A stretch of DNA of 64,000 nucleotides from Candidatus Woesearchaeota archaeon (GTDB taxonomy: Archaea; Nanobdellota; Nanobdellia; Woesearchaeales; 21-14-0-10-32-9): positions 2,525-66,524 of the forward strand of contig JBKHAC010000002.1 in NCBI GenBank assembly GCA_046543095.1, read 5' to 3'. Position 1 is the first letter of the stretch. Each line of letters starts with the position of its first letter. Below are positions 58,228 to 64,000 of the stretch, in pieces. The position numbers and the translations under genes are program-made. Below the pieces are notes generated by a model, which was not told the origin of the DNA, did no database searches, and was given only the letters and a program-made list of their open reading frames with translations.

Positions 58228-58273
58228 TCTAGTCTCCGCCAGAGGCATTACTAATTTTTTATGTCCTCAACTA
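58228..58273 (+). repeat. Family-5 element tail (resumes after CCGCCAGAGGC at 58236..58246)
   Basis: CCGCCAGAGGCATTACTAATTTTTTATGTCCTCAACTA matches the 3' end of 55265..55395. Confidence 0.7.
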
Positions 58274-58333
58274 AAGTATAAATGTCACAAAATCCACGAA
58301 ACCTTTTTTAATAAACAAAAAATCCCCAATTAT

Positions 58334-59131
58334 ATGTTATATATGATTGGAATAGGACTTGGATGCGCACAAGATATAACACTAAAAGGACTTCGCGCAA
58401 TAAAAGAATCAGATCATGTTTTCTTTGAAACATACACATCAATAACACGCGCCAAAGAAGAATTAGAACAAATGACAAATAAAAAATTCATCGACGCAAA
58501 CAGAGACCTCGTAGAAAGTTGTGCGGAGGAAATAATAAATAAAGCAAAAAATGAAACAGTATCATTTCTCGTCATAGGCGATGTTTTCGGCGCAACCACA
58601 CATACAGATTTATACTTACGAGCAAAAAAAGAAAAAATAGAGATAAAAATAATAAACAACGCATCAATACTTAACGCTGCAGGAAATACAGGTCTCGAAT
58701 TATACCGATTTGGACAAACAACAAGCATAGTATTTGACGATGCAGGTTGGATGCCCAACGCGCCTTATAATGTAATAAAACAAAACAAAGAACGCGGCCT
58801 ACACACATTATGCCTACTTGACATAAAAACAGCAGAACCCTCAATAGATGACTTAAAGCGAGGAATAAACAAACCCCAACCACCAAGATTTATGACAATA
58901 AAAAAAGCAATAGAAATACTCGAAAAACTCGAAGAAAAAAACCAAGAAAACATACTTGATGCAAATACACTCGCAATAGGTATAGCCCGCATAGGACTTG
59001 AAGATGAAACAATAATTACAGCACCACTTAGCAAACTTAAAGAAAAAGACTTCGGCGCACCACTACACAGCCTAATAATCCCAGGAAAACTACACGAAAT
59101 AGAAGAAGAGATGATAAACCAATTCAAATAA
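58334..59131 (+). CDS. dph5: Diphthine synthase (Dph5)
   Basis: MLYMIGIGLGCAQDITLKGLRAIKESDHVFFETYTS matches the Dph5 N-terminus. About 265 aa. The track ORF start at 58202 is an upstream in-frame extension through the repeat. Confidence 0.85.
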   Translation: MLYMIGIGLGCAQDITLKGLRAIKESDHVFFETYTSITRAKEELEQMTNKKFIDANRDLVESCAEEIINKAKNETVSFLVIGDVFGATTHTDLYLRAKKEKIEIKIINNASILNAAGNTGLELYRFGQTTSIVFDDAGWMPNAPYNVIKQNKERGLHTLCLLDIKTAEPSIDDLKRGINKPQPPRFMTIKKAIEILEKLEEKNQENILDANTLAIGIARIGLEDETIITAPLSKLKEKDFGAPLHSLIIPGKLHEIEEEMINQFK

Positions 59132-59201
59132 AAAAAACACATTTTTCAACCAAAACGTTTATTAATAAAACAGCTATTCTGCTAAAAGAAGGGTAATTTC
59201 A

Positions 59202-60158
59202 ATGAGAAGAACTCAAAGACAAAAACAAAAAACAAAAAAAACACAGATAAAAACAAAAAATGTTAAAGAAAAAAACACAGACAGAATTTCTTTTTACGAC
59301 AAAAATTATAAACAACTAATAATCATACCAATGCTCTTATTACTCGTTGCAATAATTCTAATAACAGTGAAAGTAGTAAATGAAGGAGAATTCTTAAATA
59401 AAGGCATAACTCTTAGCGGAGGCGTCGCAGTCACAGTAATACATGAGGATATAGATAAAAATTTACTTAGAGACCAACTCGAATTAGAATTTCCAAGCCA
59501 CCAAATAAATGTTCGGTCACTTGAAGATGCCGGGCGACGAATAGGCGTACTTGTTGAAACAAATATGCCGCCTGAAAATACGGAAGAAGTTTCAAGATTT
59601 GATTCAATAATAAGAACACAAACAAACGCAGAAAGCGCAGACGTTAGCACGGAGACAATAGGCTCATCACTTGGACAAGCATTCTTCAGACAAACAATAT
59701 TAGCAGTACTAATCGCATTCATATTCATGGGCATAGTAATATTTGCTTACTTCAAATCATTAGTGCCAAGCTCACTTACAATACTATCGGCATTCTCAGA
59801 TATAATAATCACACTTGCAATAGTAAATGTACTAGGAATAAATATTGGAACAGCAGGAATCGCAGCATTCCTCATGCTTATAGGATATAGCGTTGATGCT
59901 AACATAGTTCTAAATATGAGAACACTTAAAGGAACAAATGGAACAATACCTGAGAGAATACGAAGCGCAATGGGCACCGGACTTACAATGAGCATCACAA
60001 CACTAGTTGCAATAACAGTAGCATTTATAATCGCAGAGTCAGCAGTACTCAAAGAAATCATGCTTATAATGATGATAGGACTTATAATAGATGTATTAAA
60101 CACATGGATACAAAACGCAGGACTACTAAGATGGTACCTTGAGCGAAAGAAAAACTAA
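59202..60158 (+). CDS. secF: Protein-export membrane protein SecF
   Basis: LIGYSVDANIVL motif. 6 TM. Archaeal secF-secD order. Confidence 0.8.
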   Translation: MRRTQRQKQKTKKTQIKTKNVKEKNTDRISFYDKNYKQLIIIPMLLLLVAIILITVKVVNEGEFLNKGITLSGGVAVTVIHEDIDKNLLRDQLELEFPSHQINVRSLEDAGRRIGVLVETNMPPENTEEVSRFDSIIRTQTNAESADVSTETIGSSLGQAFFRQTILAVLIAFIFMGIVIFAYFKSLVPSSLTILSAFSDIIITLAIVNVLGINIGTAGIAAFLMLIGYSVDANIVLNMRTLKGTNGTIPERIRSAMGTGLTMSITTLVAITVAFIIAESAVLKEIMLIMMIGLIIDVLNTWIQNAGLLRWYLERKKN

Positions 60159-60174
60159 CAATCAGGATTAAAAA

Positions 60175-61806
60175 ATGACAAAAATCAAACAAATATTCAA
60201 AAACAAAAGAGTAATAATACTAATAATAGCATTAATTCTTGCAGTAATATTTATAAGACCCGTATTTGATGACGGCGTCGCAATAAGATCAGTTAGAGAA
60301 GATAGCGCAGCAGCAGAAGCAAGCCCACAGAGAATACCAAACCCCGGACCAAATATAAGACCAGTAAATAGAGAAGTAATAGTTGCAATAGATAATCAAA
60401 AAATAAACGATGAACAAGACTATTATGCAGCAATAGACCAAATAGTTCCAGGACAAACATTTGCAATACAAACAAATAAACAAACATACTACTTAACACA
60501 AAAACTAATTAACCAAACAACAATAAATGAAAACGGCGAAGAAACACAAGAAGAAGTATACCAAGAAATAGGATTAAACATATATCCAAGACCAAAAAAC
60601 AATATACAAAAAGGACTTGACCTTGAAGGAGGTACAAGAGTACTACTAGAACCCCAAGGACAAATCACAACAGAAGAACTTGACATGACAGTTCGAGGAA
60701 TGGAACAAAGATTAAACGCATTCGGACTTAGCGATATAAGTGTTAGAAGTACAACAGACCTTTTTGGAGGCATATTCATATCAGCAGAAATACCAGGCGT
60801 AAATGAAGACGAAGTCACAGAATTATTATCCTCCCAAGGAAAATTCGAAGGAATGGTCGGAGATACACCTGTATTCATAGGAGGCTCAAGAGATATAATA
60901 TTTGTATACACAACAGGAGAAAACTCACGCATTACAAGATGCGAAGGAGAAGCAGGGTCTTATTTTTGCGCATTTGAATTCACAATAACACTAAGCCAAG
61001 ACGCAGCGAAAAGAATGGCAGATGCCACACAAAACTTAACAGTAGTCGGAGTCGGACAACAAGCATACTTATCAGAGAATATAACACTAATGCTCGATGG
61101 CGAAGTAATGGACGAACTTAGAATATCAGCAAACCTCCAAGGACAAGTACTCACAAGAATAAGCATAACAGGAGGCAGAGAAGGCACAACAGAAAAAGAA
61201 GCAAGAACAAACGCCATGCAAGATATGCGAAACCTACAAGCAATACTCTCAACAGGAAGCCTACCAGTCAAACTCGAAGTTGTAAAAACAGACTCAATAA
61301 GCCCCGCACTCGGAGCAGGATTCATACAAAATTCATTACTCGCAGGACTATTCGCAATAATCGCAGTTAGCGCAATAATTGCAATAAGATACAGAGAATG
61401 GAAAGTTACAATACCAATAGTAATAGCAATACTATCCGAAGTAATACTAATACTAGGATTCGCAGCACTAATAGGCTGGAGAATGGACATTGCAGCAATC
61501 GCAGCAATAATAATCGCAGTAGGCTCCGGAGTCGACGATCAAATAGTAATAAGCGACGAAACACTCAAAAAACAAAAGAAAACAAAAAAAGACGAAATAG
61601 ACTCATGGAAAAAAAGAGTAGCAAGAGCATTCTTCATAATATTCGCAGCATACGCAACACTCGTCGTCGCAATGATACCCTTATGGTTTGCAGGCGCAGG
61701 ACTGCTCAAAGGATTCGCACTCACAACCGTCGTAGGAGTCACAATGGGCGTCCTAATAACAAGACCAGCATTCGCAGCAATACTCGAAATAATCGTTGAT
61801 GAATAA
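60175..61806 (+). CDS. secD: Protein-export membrane protein SecD
   Basis: Large extracytoplasmic domain, then a TM bundle with ALGAGFI and GSGVDDQIVI motifs. Confidence 0.8.
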   Translation: MTKIKQIFKNKRVIILIIALILAVIFIRPVFDDGVAIRSVREDSAAAEASPQRIPNPGPNIRPVNREVIVAIDNQKINDEQDYYAAIDQIVPGQTFAIQTNKQTYYLTQKLINQTTINENGEETQEEVYQEIGLNIYPRPKNNIQKGLDLEGGTRVLLEPQGQITTEELDMTVRGMEQRLNAFGLSDISVRSTTDLFGGIFISAEIPGVNEDEVTELLSSQGKFEGMVGDTPVFIGGSRDIIFVYTTGENSRITRCEGEAGSYFCAFEFTITLSQDAAKRMADATQNLTVVGVGQQAYLSENITLMLDGEVMDELRISANLQGQVLTRISITGGREGTTEKEARTNAMQDMRNLQAILSTGSLPVKLEVVKTDSISPALGAGFIQNSLLAGLFAIIAVSAIIAIRYREWKVTIPIVIAILSEVILILGFAALIGWRMDIAAIAAIIIAVGSGVDDQIVISDETLKKQKKTKKDEIDSWKKRVARAFFIIFAAYATLVVAMIPLWFAGAGLLKGFALTTVVGVTMGVLITRPAFAAILEIIVDE

Positions 61807-61811
61807 AAAAA

Positions 61812-62021
61812 ATGACAATAAAAATAGATCAAGAAAAATGTTGCTATAAAGACGGCAAATGCACAAAATGCACATGCAAAGGACAATGCAAAGGATGCGT
61901 TGAAGCATGCCCTGCAGGCGCACTCACAAGAAAAAATACAATAGAAATAAACCAAGACGCATGCATAAACTGTGGAGCCTGCGTCGATGCATGCAAATAC
62001 GGCGCAATCAAACTCGAATAA
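61812..62021 (+). CDS. 2x[4Fe-4S] ferredoxin
   Basis: Cys clusters including CxxCxxC ... ACP and CINCGACVDAC. Confidence 0.8.
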   Translation: MTIKIDQEKCCYKDGKCTKCTCKGQCKGCVEACPAGALTRKNTIEINQDACINCGACVDACKYGAIKLE

Positions 62022-62051
62022 AAAACCAGTTCTTTTTTATGTCATATAAAT

Positions 62052-62139
62052 TATATTCGCGTTAGCGCTTTATATGCCACACAAAAATCAAACAACTATT
62101 TAAAAAATTTAATCAAACTTATTTGATTTTTCTCGTTTA
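62052..62139 (+). repeat. Family-7 element with the AATCAAACTTATTTGATT palindrome, between the ferredoxin and the U32 gene
   Basis: TATATTCGCGTTAGCGCTTTATATGCCACACAAAA ... AATCAAACTTATTTGATTTTTCTCGTTTA. Confidence 0.7.
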
Positions 62140-62198
62140 ATAAAACGTCAATAAAAACAACAAAACATATTAAACAAAAAGTATTACCAAATATTAAT

Positions 62199-63449
62199 AT
62201 GCCTAAAAATTCTAATAAAAAAATAGAACTCCTAGCGCCAGCAGGCTCATGGGAATCATTACGTGCAGCAATACAAGCAGGAGCCAATTCAGTTTATTTC
62301 GGCGTAGACAAACTCAATATGAGAGCACGCGCAGCAAACAATTTCAAAATAAGCGATCTAAAAAAAATAATGACACTTTTACACACAAATAACCTGAAAG
62401 GATATTTAACGCTAAATATTGTCGTTTACGATGATGAAATAAAAGATGTAAAAAAAACACTAACAGCTGCAAAACGCGCAGGAGTTGATGCAATAATCGC
62501 ATCGGATTTTGCAGTAATAACAGAAGCAAAAACACAAGGACTTAACGTACATCTTAGCACACAAGCAAATATATCAAATACCTGTGCAGTAAAATTTTAT
62601 TCAAATTACGCTGACGCAGTCGTACTTGCCCGCGAACTCACACTTGATAAAATAAAAAAAATAAATACAGAAATAAAAAAATTAAATATTACAGGTCCCT
62701 CAGGAAAACTAGTTGAAACAGAAGTATTTATACACGGAGCTCTATGTGTTGCAATATCAGGAAAATGCTACATGAGCCTCGCAACATACGGACACTCAGC
62801 AAACAGAGGCGACTGCCTTCAAACCTGCCGACGAAAATACAAAGTACATGACGAGGAAACAGGAAATGAACTTATAATTGATAATGAATATGTGATGTCA
62901 CCTAGTGATTTATCAACAATAACAATTCTTGACAAAATTATAAGTGCAGGCGCACATATTTTAAAAATAGAAGGCAGAGGCCGAAGCCCGGAATACGTGT
63001 ATGAAGTCACAAAAACATACAGCGACGCACTCAAACTCATAAAAGAAAAAAAATACACAGAAAAAAAAATAAACGAGCTACAAGAGAGACTCAAAAAAGT
63101 ATTCAACCGCGGATTCTGGGAAGGAGGATACTACCTAGGCGCAAAAATAAACGAATGGTCCAAAGTATACGGCTCAAAAGCCACACAAACAAAAAGACTC
63201 GTCGGCAGAGTTATGAATTATTACACAAAACAAGAAGCAGCAGCAATCGTAATCGAATCAACACCAATAAAAAAAGAAGACATACTCATAATAATGGGAC
63301 CTACAACAGGAATAATTCAATTTACAATAGATAAAATACTACTTGAAGGCAAAACAGCAAACGATGCTAAAAAAAACCAAATAATATCAATAAAAACACC
63401 AACAAAAGTTCGACGAAATGATAAAGTTTACGTAATTAAGCAAAATTAA
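62199..63449 (+). CDS. Peptidase U32 family protein (PrtC/YhbU/RlhA-like Fe-S enzyme family)
   Basis: ELLAPAGSWESLRAAIQAGANSVYFG... U32 N-terminal signature. 416 aa. Confidence 0.8.
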   Translation: MPKNSNKKIELLAPAGSWESLRAAIQAGANSVYFGVDKLNMRARAANNFKISDLKKIMTLLHTNNLKGYLTLNIVVYDDEIKDVKKTLTAAKRAGVDAIIASDFAVITEAKTQGLNVHLSTQANISNTCAVKFYSNYADAVVLARELTLDKIKKINTEIKKLNITGPSGKLVETEVFIHGALCVAISGKCYMSLATYGHSANRGDCLQTCRRKYKVHDEETGNELIIDNEYVMSPSDLSTITILDKIISAGAHILKIEGRGRSPEYVYEVTKTYSDALKLIKEKKYTEKKINELQERLKKVFNRGFWEGGYYLGAKINEWSKVYGSKATQTKRLVGRVMNYYTKQEAAAIVIESTPIKKEDILIIMGPTTGIIQFTIDKILLEGKTANDAKKNQIISIKTPTKVRRNDKVYVIKQN

Positions 63450-63458
63450 TGATAAATC

Positions 63459-63603
63459 TGCTCCGCCCCAAATAACAATGAAGTGTATACTGCGCAAACC
63501 GAACAATGTTCACTAGATTTTAAATCCGAGTCCATAAAAACCAATGTTTATTTTGAGTGATTTGCTCGGCAGTATACAAAAAACAACTATTTGGGACAAA
63601 ACC
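63459..63603 (+). repeat. Family-1 hairpin repeat
   Basis: Near-identical to 31529..31673 (a few substitutions). Confidence 0.85.
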
Positions 63604-63693
63604 GATAAATTCAAATCTTTAAAAATAATTTTTTACTTAAAAATAGTTAAGGTCTTAGAAAGATTTATATAATATTTATCAATCAAAAAAAAT

Positions 63694-64000
63694 ATGAGTG
63701 GAAACTACGTCGTTTTATCTAATCTTCAATTCTTAGAACCAAAAATTACGGCGGCAATATCGGCTCAACTAAAAAATGCAGATTTTGACGGCATAATACT
63801 AAACGGAGACTTCTCAGGAGACTTATATGTTGAACAATCACATAAATCAATAAAAATGAGAATAAAACAAGAAAAAAAATACAAAGGCTGGATAAAAAAA
63901 CAAACACAAAAAGAAGATTATAAATTAGAACTATCCATGCATGATTTCGAATTACCTTTATTATACCAAGAAAGACGAATGATGACAAGTAAAGAAAAAA
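63694..64000 (+). CDS. Partial N-terminus of a putative calcineurin-like metallophosphoesterase. Open to the window end.
   Basis: MSGNYVVLSNLQF...DGIILNGDFSGD resembles the metallophosphatase motifs I/II. No stop before 64000. Confidence 0.35.
   Translation, partial: MSGNYVVLSNLQFLEPKITAAISAQLKNADFDGIILNGDFSGDLYVEQSHKSIKMRIKQEKKYKGWIKKQTQKEDYKLELSMHDFELPLLYQERRMMTSKEK

Noticed and set aside
58202-58333. N-terminal 44-codon extension of the dph5 ORF in the track
   Set aside because: The extension runs through the family-5 repeat tail and the 11-bp direct repeat. Dph5 homology begins exactly at MLYMIGIGLG (58334).

Overview
Very AT-rich (about 30% GC) archaeal chromosomal segment. Archaeal identity is supported by archaellum genes (three archaellins plus flaG/H/I/J), ribosomal proteins L1-L10/P0-P1 with an archaeal-type P1 tail, Hef, archaeal-order secF-secD, diphthine synthase and a Gins51-like protein. 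The lineage is unassigned; one possibility is a DPANN-like or other small-genome archaeon. Coding strands are strongly A-rich. Gene content falls into three blocks. Block 1 (1-19 kb) is a cell-surface/motility region: a 4-member family of Sec-secreted paralogs sharing a C-terminal YYFYVELE-type motif, a co-transcribed HTH regulator, a CARDB surface protein, two low-complexity proteins sharing a conserved C-terminal DFANW(I/V)DHV domain, and the archaellum locus. Block 2 (19-50 kb) holds housekeeping and stress genes: an NFACT/RqcH-like protein, S2, RadB-like, a standalone 5S rRNA, GT2, a 964-aa protein with family-B-polymerase-like 3'-5' exonuclease motifs, a zinc-ribbon/CspA/DEAD-box RNA-chaperone cluster, GuaC, PhoH2, Hef, YbaK, a frameshifted pcm, PepF, Trm5 and Gins51-like. 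Block 3 (50-64 kb) holds the L1 operon, Bcp, a small alarmone hydrolase-like HD protein, a RelE/ParE-type toxin-antitoxin pair, Dph5, SecFD, a ferredoxin and a U32 peptidase. The intergenic regions carry at least seven families of 30-190 bp interspersed, hairpin-rich repeats. Several of these show compensatory or G-U-tolerant covariation, which suggests selected structure (MITEs and/or small structured RNAs). One repeat copy is split by a 613-bp toxin-antitoxin cassette flanked by 11-bp direct repeats. No CRISPR array or tRNA gene was found. All annotations are by eye on motifs; no search could be run.
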